Virus record (IMG/VR): IMGVR_UViG_3300036826_000065
Coordinates: 1-54,786 of that record
DNA length: 54,786 nucleotides
Strand: one strand, 5' to 3'
Origin: a virus
Taxonomy: Duplodnaviria; Caudoviricetes
Of the stretch, positions 39,032 to 48,225 are shown piece after piece (the first letter of the stretch is position 1; each line of letters starts with the position of its first letter). The notes under the pieces were generated by a model. The model made no database searches. It was not told the origin of the DNA and saw nothing but the letters and a program-made list of their open reading frames with translations. The translations under genes were made by a program, and so were the position numbers.

Positions 39032-39963
39032 ATCTTCACCTCCACGTCGATATCGCGCACGATCTTCCGCTTCTTGTTGCCGCGCACGGTCATCGGCGTC
39101 CAGACAAGCTGGTGATATTTGCCGAACAAGCCTGGGCCTTGCCGATAGTCGCGGAAATGCCCACGGCAAATGTGCATCGCCTTCGCGAGCCCAACTTTGT
39201 CGGCGTTGCCCTCGCGCCGCAGGATCTGTTTCAGCGGATCGATGATGAGCGTCTTGAAGCCGGTCGGCGTCTGGCCTTCATGCCGCTCGCGATGCCTCTT
39301 AACGAGCTTCGCGTCGATCTTGTTGTCCACGACGCGCACGTTGCGACAGTGAAGGAAGCACATTGCCAAGCATGTCGGCTTGACGAACGTCATCAGGTTG
39401 CGCATTGTCTCGTCGTAGGGCTCGCCGCTGGGCGAGTAGGTCTGCATCCAAGGCCGGTCGATGATGACGCCGTCCTTATCGATCATCAGAAAGATCGAGC
39501 CGTGCGGGCCGTCCGCGACGACGTCGCGCCGCATGCGGTAGTCGATGAAGACTTCAAACCAGAGCAACCATTTGCACTCGTCCGGCGGTTTCTGATCCGC
39601 GACGATCTCCTTCGCCGGATCGAGCGAGGTCGTCAGCACGCCCAGGCGCCCGCCGCCCCATTTGTCGCTCAGATCGGTGAGCCCTTTTTCCTTGGAGTAA
39701 ATGTGATTGGGTAAGGGATGTTCAGCGAAGAACTGCGGCCAGGGCGGCGCAAGGTTGGGGAAGTCTTCCTTCAAGTCCCAATATTCCTGATCGGACTGAT
39801 AGAAATATTCCGCGACGTTGGGAATGTGCAAGCACGGCATGTCGTTCTGGAGAAGCTCCAGAACCTTCTGGGCGTGCTTTTCCCAGGCGTCGTACTTGGA
39901 CGGTGCAACGAACCAGGGCGCACGCACCGGGCCGCGCCGGAGATCATCGAGAAAGCGAGCCAT
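39028..39963 (-). CDS. hypothetical phage protein
   Basis: 311 aa; C-terminal H.CRGHFR...W....RG. Confidence 0.7.
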   Translation of the reverse strand: MARFLDDLRRGPVRAPWFVAPSKYDAWEKHAQKVLELLQNDMPCLHIPNVAEYFYQSDQEYWDLKEDFPNLAPPWPQFFAEHPLPNHIYSKEKGLTDLSDKWGGGRLGVLTTSLDPAKEIVADQKPPDECKWLLWFEVFIDYRMRRDVVADGPHGSIFLMIDKDGVIIDRPWMQTYSPSGEPYDETMRNLMTFVKPTCLAMCFLHCRNVRVVDNKIDAKLVKRHRERHEGQTPTGFKTLIIDPLKQILRREGNADKVGLAKAMHICRGHFRDYRQGPGLFGKYHQLVWTPMTVRGNKKRKIVRDIDVEVKI

Positions 39964-40322
39964 CAGTTGCGCTTGCTCCAGTTGTTGGGCACTGCCCCGC
40001 GTATCTCTTCCGCGACGACCTCCGGCTTGTCCGGCAATCTCACCTCGTCACCGGGCTTGAGTCCTCCCAGCGCGAGCCAGCATTGCTCGCAGATGATCGG
40101 CATCGCCGTTCGTTTCTTGAGCAAGCGCTGGCTGGACGGCGACACGATTACCTGTGCGCCGCACTCGCCGCACTTGCGGTCGAAGCTTGAGCCGCGAGTC
40201 GCCCAGTCGGCGTCCGCTCTCGCGCATATGAGCACCATCGGATCGTTCATTCTGAAATCTCGAGCCTCTGTATCATGGTAGAAAATCGGGGGCCGAATGC
40301 AGCCGGGGCGCGAGCCTTGCAA
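39963..40322 (-). CDS. small zinc-finger-like protein
   Basis: CGEC and CEQC; start probably internal. Confidence 0.5.
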   Translation of the reverse strand: MQGSRPGCIRPPIFYHDTEARDFRMNDPMVLICARADADWATRGSSFDRKCGECGAQVIVSPSSQRLLKKRTAMPIICEQCWLALGGLKPGDEVRLPDKPEVVAEEIRGAVPNNWSKRN

Positions 40323-40354
40323 CCTTCAACCCCGAACCTTGTCGGCCCCTGTGA

Positions 40355-40684
40355 TTATGCGGCGTGCGACTTGCGGAACTCGCGCACGCTTTCCCCGCGT
40401 TTGCGAGGCAAGCCGTAAGCCGTCGGATCGAACAAGCTCGTCAGCGGCGACTCAGGATGCTTGCGCCAAATCTCGGTCGATTGGAATTCGCGCCATGCAT
40501 CCGCGCCCTGGCGAGTGAGATGGAAGCCGCGCCCTGGGCGGTACACGATCCACTTGCGGATGAGCATCGAGCGGAAAGGTCGTTGATCGTATTTCCCGGC
40601 TTCGCTGATGGTCATGTAGTAGCCGGAGCCGGACTCCGCGAAGGCGCGGAGCATGGGATAGCCACGATTGGAAAGTTGGATCAT
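40355..40684 (-). CDS. hypothetical (winged-helix-like) protein
   Basis: Coupled ORF; LT..G motif. Confidence 0.55.
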   Translation of the reverse strand: MIQLSNRGYPMLRAFAESGSGYYMTISEAGKYDQRPFRSMLIRKWIVYRPGRGFHLTRQGADAWREFQSTEIWRKHPESPLTSLFDPTAYGLPRKRGESVREFRKSHAA

Positions 40685-41064
40685 GACTTCTTCCTCATAC
40701 CCCCTTTGGCAAGGGTTTCAAGAGGATTCTTGGATGGCCCTTTCGCAAGCTCTTTGTACGAGGATCGTGGGCGCGAGTCCGCATAGGCCGACATGAAGGT
40801 CATCTGCACCATGCCGAACACTTCGTTCACCGCCATGTGGACGGCATGATTTCTGATGTCGATAGGCAGACGGAAGTGCAGATCTTCCTTCCCTTCGTCG
40901 CTGAAGCCGTATTCGACCGTGACGGTCAGCTTGTTGAGGTTGCGATCCAGCGGCGTTTTGAAGGATGCGCGTATGTTGATCCATTCCAGGTTCCGCCGGA
41001 GTTCCCAGATCAGGAGGATCAGGACGCGGGCGATATTGCGGATCGACTTCACCTGGGCCTTCAT
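40681..41064 (-). CDS. hypothetical protein
   Basis: ATGA-coupled. Confidence 0.5.
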   Translation of the reverse strand: MKAQVKSIRNIARVLILLIWELRRNLEWINIRASFKTPLDRNLNKLTVTVEYGFSDEGKEDLHFRLPIDIRNHAVHMAVNEVFGMVQMTFMSAYADSRPRSSYKELAKGPSKNPLETLAKGGMRKKS

Positions 41065-41585
41065 GCTTCAGCCCCCAGGTGTCCGTTTTTTTTTAAGCCG
41101 CGACCGGCCACCATTGCCGCCAGCCGCGCCTTCTGCTCGCGAGGCGTCAGTGCGTCCCAGCGCTTGCGCCGCGCACGCGTGGCCTTATTCACCCACTTCT
41201 TATGATCCGGGTGATCGGGGTGACGAATATCGGTCGGAGACAAAGCGGACACTTTGACGACCGGCGTGTCCTTCGGCTTGCGCTTCGCCACGCGCCGCGC
41301 CATCTCCAACTTCCTCTCCTCCGGGTCGTCCGGCCAGCCGGTGCGCAGGCTGGGGATTTCGCGCCGTCTACCGCGCCGCCGGGTCGCCTCCTGAACGACC
41401 GGCAGGATATCGCGAACGACAATCGGTTCGGTTTCTTCCGCGTTGGGCAGCAGAGCCTCCAGCGCGTCGATCTGCCGCTGCAATGCGGCGATCTTTCGTT
41501 GATGAAGCTTCACTCCTTCCTTGAGGCCTTCCAGTACGGCCTCGATTTCTTCTTGGTTGATCGTGTTGTGGGTTTCGGTCTTCAA
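41061..41585 (-). CDS. basic coiled-coil hypothetical protein
   Basis: TTG start with GAGG SD. Confidence 0.6.
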   Translation of the reverse strand: MKTETHNTINQEEIEAVLEGLKEGVKLHQRKIAALQRQIDALEALLPNAEETEPIVVRDILPVVQEATRRRGRRREIPSLRTGWPDDPEERKLEMARRVAKRKPKDTPVVKVSALSPTDIRHPDHPDHKKWVNKATRARRKRWDALTPREQKARLAAMVAGRGLKKNGHLGAEA

Positions 41586-41845
41586 TTCCTCTGACTCCCG
41601 CTTCTCCTCAGACTTTTTCTAATCCCCGTGACGCGAGCGCACTCAGACTTTTGCGAGATATATTATCTCCGGCGTGCTTCGGATACAAACAAATTTTTGA
41701 CAAATATGTAACAAACATACCGCATGTAATGAAGCCGAACGGTCACCCAGCAACCCTGCTGCGATGCGGTCCAGCACACTATATTCCAGGGGCAATTTTA
41801 CGACGTGGCTAAGTTTATACCCGTCATGTAATTTTTGTAAACAGA

Positions 41846-42112
41846 ATGAACAAGCCTCCACTACCGGAAGCGCTACAGCGAACGTTCGGCAAAACCGTGA
41901 GATGTCTGAGGAAGCGAATCGGCATGGCGCAGGAAACGCTGGCGCTGGAAACAGGCATAGGGAGAAGCTACATGGGAGCACTGGAACGAGGGCTCCATAG
42001 TCCGTCGCTGAATACGATTTATCAACTGCTGCCAGTCTTACGGGTGAGCTTCCCCGAATTTGCGCAGGAGTTTGAAAACAACCTGCACCCACGCGCAAAG
42101 CGGCAAGCGTAG
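41846..42112 (+). CDS. XRE-family HTH regulator
   Basis: FG..VR.LRK..GMAQE.LA...GI.RSY...LERG...PSL. Confidence 0.9.
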   Translation: MNKPPLPEALQRTFGKTVRCLRKRIGMAQETLALETGIGRSYMGALERGLHSPSLNTIYQLLPVLRVSFPEFAQEFENNLHPRAKRQA

Positions 42113-42118
42113 GCATGC

Positions 42119-42475
42119 CTATCCGGCCTGGGCGACGATGCAGCCGCATCTCTTCGCGCCGGATATTCCCTTGCGCTCCACGATCCTCCAGCCGGAGCCG
42201 CCGCAGAGTGGACAGCCGGTGTTCTGCGGGGCGCCCAGGTATTCGCCGGGACGCGGGTTGAAGTGATCGTAGATATCCACCGGCTTGGGGCAGTCGTGCT
42301 CTGACTTGATCCATCCGGCGACGAACGCCTCGGCGGCTTCCATGCTGGGCGCACTCTGCATGGCCTTGATCAGCATGGCGACGGCCTCGTCGTCCTTGGG
42401 AAAATAGTTCAGGCCGGAGAGTCGTCTAACCAGCAGAAACGCTGAGTCCCCGGCTATTGATTCTCGCGAGGGCAT
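42119..42475 (-). CDS. replication-associated protein with Zn ribbon
   Basis: CPLCGGSGW...KRCGC; follows the initiator. Confidence 0.55.
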   Translation of the reverse strand: MPSRESIAGDSAFLLVRRLSGLNYFPKDDEAVAMLIKAMQSAPSMEAAEAFVAGWIKSEHDCPKPVDIYDHFNPRPGEYLGAPQNTGCPLCGGSGWRIVERKGISGAKRCGCIVAQAG

Positions 42476-43373
42476 CCATCACTCCTTGGTGTTTCGCCTG
42501 GACCTCGCTCATCGGCTTCCTGGGGACCGGCGCCATGAGCCAGTCGCCATCGCTGATCCATCGCCACAATTGGGGCCTGAATTTTTCCACCGGCAACGTG
42601 AGCCAATATTCCCGCCATGCCGCGTGCGCGGACCGGAGCTTCGCCGCCGCCCCAGGATCGCGGGCCAGAACCTTCTCTACTTCGGGGATGGCCTTCAGCG
42701 GTAGCCCAGGTTGCGGATGGTCCGCGAGCAACTCCCAGGCCAGGGCTTCGGCTTCGGAGCACGACCCCTGGCTCGCCCGGTGAGCCTGGGGTTCAACCGG
42801 GGTTGTTAATTCTTCAACCTGGGTTGCCGGAGAGGCCGACATTGCCACCTCCGGGTCGTGTTGGTTTAGATTTTTATTCGCCGCCGCCGCCGCCGCCGCC
42901 GCCGTTTCCCTACTTTCTCCAGATGGCACGGCGGCATGAGAAAGAACGTCTAGTTCAGAAACGTCTGGTTCATATAAGGATAGCTGGCCTCCGCTTTGTC
43001 GCTGGTGACGAAGCTGGTTTGTCACCCGTGACGAAGCTGGTTTGTCAGATCTGACAGGTTTCGGAGGCGCTTTCCACTCGCCGGGAGTGGCGAATTCGTA
43101 GGAGCATCCGCGACCTGTATCCCAGCCGCAGCGCACGATGCCCAGGGCGCGGAGTTGCGCCATGCCGCGATCCAGCGTGCTCAGGCTGAATCCCGCCCGC
43201 TTCGCCAATGTCGCCCGCTTCGGGTTGCATTGGCCGCTCTTTTGGTTACGAAACGAATAAAGGACCAGGAGCACTTTTAATGCGGCGAGCGATACATCCT
43301 TGCGCAGAATTAATGCCTGGGGGACACAAACGAATGGTTGTGTGAGAGAATTATTAGCGGATGCGTTTGTCAT
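42426..43373 (-). CDS. replication initiator with N-terminal HTH
   Basis: CNPKRATLAK..G.S..T..R...L...G; internal direct repeats. Confidence 0.75.
   Translation of the reverse strand: MTNASANNSLTQPFVCVPQALILRKDVSLAALKVLLVLYSFRNQKSGQCNPKRATLAKRAGFSLSTLDRGMAQLRALGIVRCGWDTGRGCSYEFATPGEWKAPPKPVRSDKPASSRVTNQLRHQRQSGGQLSLYEPDVSELDVLSHAAVPSGESRETAAAAAAAANKNLNQHDPEVAMSASPATQVEELTTPVEPQAHRASQGSCSEAEALAWELLADHPQPGLPLKAIPEVEKVLARDPGAAAKLRSAHAAWREYWLTLPVEKFRPQLWRWISDGDWLMAPVPRKPMSEVQAKHQGVMDALARINSRGLSVSAG
43005..43047. repeat. two 20-bp direct repeats (putative ori iterons)
   Basis: GTGACGAAGCTGGTTTGTCA at 43005 and 43028. Confidence 0.7.
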
Positions 43374-43511
43374 AGGACGTTTCCTATGGGCCGCCGTTGG
43401 GTGTCTCCCAAAAATATTCGGCGGCGGCTCTAAGCCTGAGCGACTTTGAAGCGGACGCTCAGGCGGGATTAGCAGGTAGAGCGGTTGGCGACGGCCAGCC
43501 GCTTTTTTTTG

Positions 43512-43898
43512 TTAGGGGGAGTGTTCAAATCGACGCAACCATTCCAATAACTCTTCGACCGATTCCACTACCACAACTTCCAGCCCGTAGAGGCGCAGTT
43601 CGGCGTGCCGCCTCAACTGCACCTCGGAGATCGCGCCGCCTGGGCGCTTGACCTCCACGAGAAAACTGGGATGCCGCACCGCGATCCAATCCGGGTCGCC
43701 TGGGACGCCCATGCGGATGAAGCAATTGTTCGGCGTCTTGAACAGGCCCACGTGCTGGCGCACCGGCATGTAGCCCTTCAGCCGGAGAATGTCGAGACAG
43801 CCCTTCTCGACGTCGTTCTCCGAAACCTTGATCTTCGGCGCACGCAGTGCGAAGCGCTGACGCGCCTCCTTCGTTCTGCCGAACAGATCGCGGCTCAT
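43512..43898 (-). CDS. VRR-NUC domain nuclease
   Basis: E..VE, G.PD, VEVKRPGG..SEVQ. Confidence 0.85.
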   Translation of the reverse strand: MSRDLFGRTKEARQRFALRAPKIKVSENDVEKGCLDILRLKGYMPVRQHVGLFKTPNNCFIRMGVPGDPDWIAVRHPSFLVEVKRPGGAISEVQLRRHAELRLYGLEVVVVESVEELLEWLRRFEHSP

Positions 43899-44112
43899 AC
43901 GTTCGCTCCAGCGCTGGCTTGCGCCTCCGGGTCGAAGTACACGTGGACTCCCGCCCGCATCAACGTGCCGATGAGCGCGACCCATTCGGGCTTGCTGCAT
44001 GAGACGACGCCCAGCACGTTCCAGCCGGTGACGGCTTCGATCTCGATGCGCCCGTGGAAAATCTCAGGCGGCGCGGTGCGATGCCAGCGGAGGCGGAATT
44101 GAGAAGCCGGTG

Positions 44113-44448
44113 TCACGCCGCGACGGCCTCCTGGGCGGCGGCGCGGACCTCGATCCGGCACTTGGAGCAGACGTCATGCTTCTCCAGTTCGTCCCAGGCG
44201 AGCACGCCGCGCTTATGGGCGCGGGTGATATCGTCGCCGCACCACGTGCGCGTCACGCGCTCACCGAACATCCAGATATGCCGCACGCGCCCTATGACCG
44301 CCGTCTTGAGCGCATACCGGCCCTTCACGACGGAGATGAGGAAGATCAATTGTTGCTGGTACACCGCTTCGGCGTTGCGCTTCTGCACGCACGCGGGGCA
44401 GACCAGCGCGAGATCCGGCACGGGATTTTTGCAATCACGACAGAGCAC
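44113..44448 (-). CDS. Cys-rich hypothetical protein
   Basis: CRDC, CPAC and CSKC. Confidence 0.55.
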   Translation of the reverse strand: MLCRDCKNPVPDLALVCPACVQKRNAEAVYQQQLIFLISVVKGRYALKTAVIGRVRHIWMFGERVTRTWCGDDITRAHKRGVLAWDELEKHDVCSKCRIEVRAAAQEAVAA

Positions 44449-45586
44449 TCAACCTCCTAGCAAGAACCGTGTATGCGACCGCAGCCTGGAGAGGTACGAC
44501 TCCATTTCCTGCGCACTGAAGACGAGGTCGGCGTTCGACCAGCCAAGTGGCGCACCCATCAACCAATCGACGAAAATCGGATTTAGCCTCGGCCTGAAGA
44601 TCGAGCGGACCCGATTGTAGGGCCAGGGCAAGCGCAGCCTTAACTGGCGACAAAGCTGGAGAAAAATGCGGACTCGTTCGGAGAAACTCAGACCATCGAC
44701 AATCGAGAGGTCCTGGGGCAAAGAGGGGAAGAGTTCCGCTTGGTTCTTCAGGTCCACCGTGTGCTTGATTCCCCGCGCATCCACTCCCCGCCGTGCGACC
44801 GTCGCCGGGTCCAGCTTGTTCCCGCCCTGGGGCGTGCGCGGCGTCTGCCAGTATTCCGTCTGGTCCTGCAAATCCATCGCGTGACCGGAGCCCCGCCGCT
44901 TCCCAGGCGCCTGACTGCCGCCCTTCTGCGGATGCCCGCCCTGGGGCGTCTGCCACTGCCGCGCCGCATCCGTTAACGTCGTGCCGTCGTGCATGACGCC
45001 GGTCATGGTGGATTGCCTCGCGGAGGACTTGCCGTCCTTGCTCGTGGCGGTAGGCCAGGAAGAAAGTTCGGAGGCGCCCGTGAGAGGCGCCCACGTGGGA
45101 AGCTCGTAGGCTTCCCCACGCGCAAGTAAACCCCAGCGCGGCCAGATCCCTGAGAACGATTCCCATGCCCCCCACAGGGGTTGTTGCGCCGTCATCCAGG
45201 TCTGCAAATCGCTCAACTGGGCGATCAGTGTCCCGCAGGATTCCGTTGACGTTCTCGCCGCAGAAGAGCGGGGCTCCGCACTCGTCGATGATCCTGGCGA
45301 TATCGCTCCAGATCCATCGCTGGTCGTTGGCTCCTCGGCGTGTACCGGCGACGGAATGCGGCTGGCAAGGCCAACCGGCAACGACGCAATCCACTCGCTG
45401 ATGGAGGGGTCGTGCATCGAATCCCAGCACGTCGCGGAAGAGCTTCGCGTGCGGGAAGCGGAGCCGGAATCTTCGCGCCGCGTGCGCGTTGTTTTCGACG
45501 CCGGCAATCGTTTTGTAGCCTGGGAATGCGGCTTCGACGGCGAGGTCAAGCATGCCGATTCCCGCGCAGAGGGAGAGCCCATTCAC
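44435..45586 (-). CDS. C5 cytosine DNA methyltransferase, alpha polypeptide
   Basis: Motif I LCAGIG, IV GWPCQPHS, VI ENV, VIII H.R.R.F, X GNGVVP. Confidence 0.88.
   Translation of the reverse strand: MNGLSLCAGIGMLDLAVEAAFPGYKTIAGVENNAHAARRFRLRFPHAKLFRDVLGFDARPLHQRVDCVVAGWPCQPHSVAGTRRGANDQRWIWSDIARIIDECGAPLFCGENVNGILRDTDRPVERFADLDDGATTPVGGMGIVLRDLAALGFTCAWGSLRASHVGASHGRLRTFFLAYRHEQGRQVLREAIHHDRRHARRHDVNGCGAAVADAPGRASAEGRQSGAWEAAGLRSRDGFAGPDGILADAAHAPGREQAGPGDGRTAGSGCAGNQAHGGPEEPSGTLPLFAPGPLDCRWSEFLRTSPHFSPALSPVKAALALALQSGPLDLQAEAKSDFRRLVDGCATWLVERRPRLQCAGNGVVPLQAAVAYTVLARRLSALS
44449..45582 (-). CDS. overlapping-frame beta polypeptide of the methyltransferase (start uncertain)
   Basis: WPT/WQTP repeats and motif IX-like RLNPIFVDWLMGAPLGW. 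Confidence 0.65.
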   Translation of the reverse strand: MGSPSARESACLTSPSKPHSQATKRLPASKTTRTRREDSGSASRTRSSSATCWDSMHDPSISEWIASLPVGLASRIPSPVHAEEPTTSDGSGAISPGSSTSAEPRSSAARTSTESCGTLIAQLSDLQTWMTAQQPLWGAWESFSGIWPRWGLLARGEAYELPTWAPLTGASELSSWPTATSKDGKSSARQSTMTGVMHDGTTLTDAARQWQTPQGGHPQKGGSQAPGKRRGSGHAMDLQDQTEYWQTPRTPQGGNKLDPATVARRGVDARGIKHTVDLKNQAELFPSLPQDLSIVDGLSFSERVRIFLQLCRQLRLRLPWPYNRVRSIFRPRLNPIFVDWLMGAPLGWSNADLVFSAQEMESYLSRLRSHTRFLLGG

Positions 45587-45807
45587 GCGACCTCCTGCGC
45601 CAGGGCGCGGCGGATGGCTGGCTCGTCCTCAGGGAATTTCTCGATGGCCGCTTCGGGCGTCATCGAGTATTCGACCAGCGGTCGGCGTCCCCGCCAGCAT
45701 GCCGGTCCATGCCAGTGGTAATGGAATAGGCCGTCCCGGCGCAGATGCAGCCATTCCTCGCATCCGCGACCGGCGGGACGATGAAATACCTGAACCGGGT
45801 CGCTCAT
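45583..45807 (-). CDS. hypothetical protein
   Basis: GTGA-coupled to the MTase. Confidence 0.5.
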   Translation of the reverse strand: MSDPVQVFHRPAGRGCEEWLHLRRDGLFHYHWHGPACWRGRRPLVEYSMTPEAAIEKFPEDEPAIRRALAQEVA

Positions 45808-45829
45808 GGGCTAGAGCGCCCCCAAACGC

Positions 45830-45861
45830 AAAAAAGCCCAGGGGTATAGAGCCCCTGGGCT
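45830..45861 (-). terminator. intrinsic terminator after the integrase
   Basis: AGCCCAGGGG-loop-CCCCTGGGCT followed by a T run. Confidence 0.75.
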
Positions 45862-45890
45862 AATTGCCCTCTGATCAGAGGGTTGGCGGC

Positions 45891-47660
45891 TCACGCCGCG
45901 ATCCGTACCCTGGTCGTTACCTGGAGTTGCTTATTGTAAATCGCACGTTCAGGCTGCTTACAATTAGCAACATTCAGGCGAACCAGGATGGTGATTTCCG
46001 CCCAGCCGTGTGCGTAGCGTATGCCGCCAGCCGGAATCCAGTCCAGCAGGATGGCTTGTTGCTCCACCGGGTCGGTCGTTTGGAAAGCCTTGCGGGCTAG
46101 CCGCTGAATTGTGGCGAGGTCGTATTGCTCCGGCTCAACCTCTCCGGCTCCGGCTTCGATGCGCCGGTCCAAGAGGGCGAGTTCGGTTTTATATTTCGCC
46201 ACCAGCCCAGCATACTCCGCTTTGTCCTCGTCGGAGTCGGCGTCGATCTCCTTTCTCATCGCTTCCCGTCGCTTCTGATCCTTCCGCTTCCGCTCTTCGC
46301 GGAGGCGAGCCAGTTCGGCCTCGTCGTCCGGCGTGACGACCTCACCGAACTTCTCCGCGACCAGCGACTCCAACTGATCGCAGACGGCGGTCTTCAGCCC
46401 ATTCCAAACGCCGGGATGCAGAATGTCGGCGCGAACGGATTTGGAATCGCACTCGTAATGTCCCTCCGTCTTGTGCCGGTGCGTGCAGCGGTAGTACAGC
46501 GTGCGCGTGCCGTCGTCCTTCACCGCACTTCCATGCGCGGGCGCCATCGCTTTTTTGCACTCCTCACCGATGCCCTCGCCGGAGATCACGGTGGCGCCGC
46601 AGGAAACCAGCGTGCTGAGTATCGCCACCTGACCGCCGTCTTCGGCTCGCCGTGCGGGCTTGCCAGTGGACGCGGCGCCATTGCGCTTCAGGCCTTCGAT
46701 GATGGCCGCTTGCTCATCCGGCGTCCAGATGCCGCCACCGGGCATCTCGATCTTGCCAGCCCACTCCTCGCGGGGCTTGAACACCTTCACGGTGCGAACC
46801 TTGTGCCGCTCCGCTTCCGGGTTACGAACTTTTTTGGGCTCGATGAACTTGCGCTTGCCGTACCACCATTCGCCGCTGGAATAGGTCCAGTCGTTCGCGA
46901 TTGCGGCCACGGTAATCGGATTCCAGCCCAGCTTGCCGCCGGGAGTCTTGATGCCACGCGAGTCCAGTTCCCGGCAGATGCCACGCTGGGTGCCTTCGCG
47001 CCCCCCGGCCAGCGCGAGTTCACCGATTAGCTGCACGACTTCCAGTTCGTTCACGCGCCGTTCGTAGAAGTTCTGCGGTCTGCCGGTCGGAACTTCCTCG
47101 TTGGCGTTCAGAGCCCGCGCCGCGATCTCCCTGGCGGTCACCATGTGCCAGCCGTAGGGCGCACCGAAGTGCGCGAGGCCCTTCGCCAGCTTCGCCATCA
47201 CGCCATAGCGGGACTTCTCCGCAATGTCGTCCCGCTGATACTGGGCGACGGTCAGAAACATGTTCATCTGCATGCGGAACCAGCCGCTGTCCTGATACCA
47301 GCCCAGGTCGCCCAGCAGCACGTCGGCCTTCAGTTCGCGGAACTCGCGGATGGTTGCGAGCCCGCCTTCGACGTCGCGGGAGAAGCGGTCGATCCAGGGG
47401 AATGCGACGGCGTTCGCCACGCCAGCGCGGATCTGTTTTTTGGCGAGCCGGATCGAAGGCCGGTTGAAGTCAGTGCCGCTGTAGCCCTTGTCTTCGATCA
47501 TCAGTTCGGCGGGAATGTCGCAATCGTACTTGTCGGCCAGGAGGGCGAACTTGTTGCCCTGTCCGTCGAAGGAGTAGTTGCCGACCTGCTTCAGCAAGCT
47601 GACGCGCTTAATCCCGATTGCGATCCGGCGTGCCGGTCTTGGGAATGCTCTTGCGGCCAT
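45891..47660 (-). CDS. large serine recombinase (integrase)
   Basis: RVS..Q, D.GYSG...RP, DRFSR; recombinase domain PYG; Zn-ribbon cysteines and coiled coil. Confidence 0.92.
   Translation of the reverse strand: MAARAFPRPARRIAIGIKRVSLLKQVGNYSFDGQGNKFALLADKYDCDIPAELMIEDKGYSGTDFNRPSIRLAKKQIRAGVANAVAFPWIDRFSRDVEGGLATIREFRELKADVLLGDLGWYQDSGWFRMQMNMFLTVAQYQRDDIAEKSRYGVMAKLAKGLAHFGAPYGWHMVTAREIAARALNANEEVPTGRPQNFYERRVNELEVVQLIGELALAGGREGTQRGICRELDSRGIKTPGGKLGWNPITVAAIANDWTYSSGEWWYGKRKFIEPKKVRNPEAERHKVRTVKVFKPREEWAGKIEMPGGGIWTPDEQAAIIEGLKRNGAASTGKPARRAEDGGQVAILSTLVSCGATVISGEGIGEECKKAMAPAHGSAVKDDGTRTLYYRCTHRHKTEGHYECDSKSVRADILHPGVWNGLKTAVCDQLESLVAEKFGEVVTPDDEAELARLREERKRKDQKRREAMRKEIDADSDEDKAEYAGLVAKYKTELALLDRRIEAGAGEVEPEQYDLATIQRLARKAFQTTDPVEQQAILLDWIPAGGIRYAHGWAEITILVRLNVANCKQPERAIYNKQLQVTTRVRIAA
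45926..45971. other. candidate attP
   Basis: GTTGCTTATTGTAA-18 bp-TTACAATTAGCAAC (13/14 inverted arms) with central TT. Confidence 0.6.
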
Positions 47661-47781
47661 TAGCGCGTTCCTCCCTTTCCAGCCGTCTGCCGATTTCGAC
47701 CAGACGCCTCAGAGCCGCCGTGAGCTTCGCGCCTTCCAGCGGTTGCCCTTGCTTCAGCGTGACTTTGATCTTGCGGGCCAT
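47608..47781 (-). CDS. 57-aa basic protein upstream of int (possible RDF/regulator)
   Basis: Manual translation MARKIKVTLKQGQPLEG... Confidence 0.35.
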   Translation of the reverse strand: MARKIKVTLKQGQPLEGAKLTAALRRLVEIGRRLEREERANGRKSIPKTGTPDRNRD

Positions 47782-47895
47782 CAGTGATGGCTCGTCGTGA
47801 TGACCATGCCTTGAGCATGGTCTGTATGGTTTCGGTCATGGTCTATGCGTAGCATGGGCCGTCTGCTTCAAGTCAATGGCCTTGGGGTGAAATCC

Positions 47896-48225
47896 TCATC
47901 CCTCCCAGGGCGTCAGGGCGAAGCCGTCGCCCTCCGGCGGATGATCGACCCACAGGGCCTCGTATAGCGACTCGCTCCGCGAGACGACTTTGTAGTCGAG
48001 TTCGCCCGCTCGCCGCAGCATGCGCAGGATGCGATCCGGCGAGCCGGGCGCCACTTCGCCCACGTTCACGCGCACGTAGCGCCGCAGATCGTCCGCGAAG
48101 AACTGCTGGCCGCACCGCTCGCGCATAAACGCTTTGACGGCCCCGCCGATACGCTCGCTGACGCGCTCGATGTTCTCTTGCTGCTCGTCCATCGCCTCAT
48201 TCCATGCCCAGTTCCTGGCGCACAC
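47896..48225 (-). CDS. hypothetical winged-helix-like protein
   Basis: APGSPDRILRMLR..G..DY.VVSR..SLY. Confidence 0.6.
   Translation of the reverse strand: MCARNWAWNEAMDEQQENIERVSERIGGAVKAFMRERCGQQFFADDLRRYVRVNVGEVAPGSPDRILRMLRRAGELDYKVVSRSESLYEALWVDHPPEGDGFALTPWEG

Noticed and set aside
42880-42904. (GCC)n microsatellite as a phase-variation switch
   Set aside because: It is a triplet repeat encoding a poly-Ala linker, so length changes keep the frame
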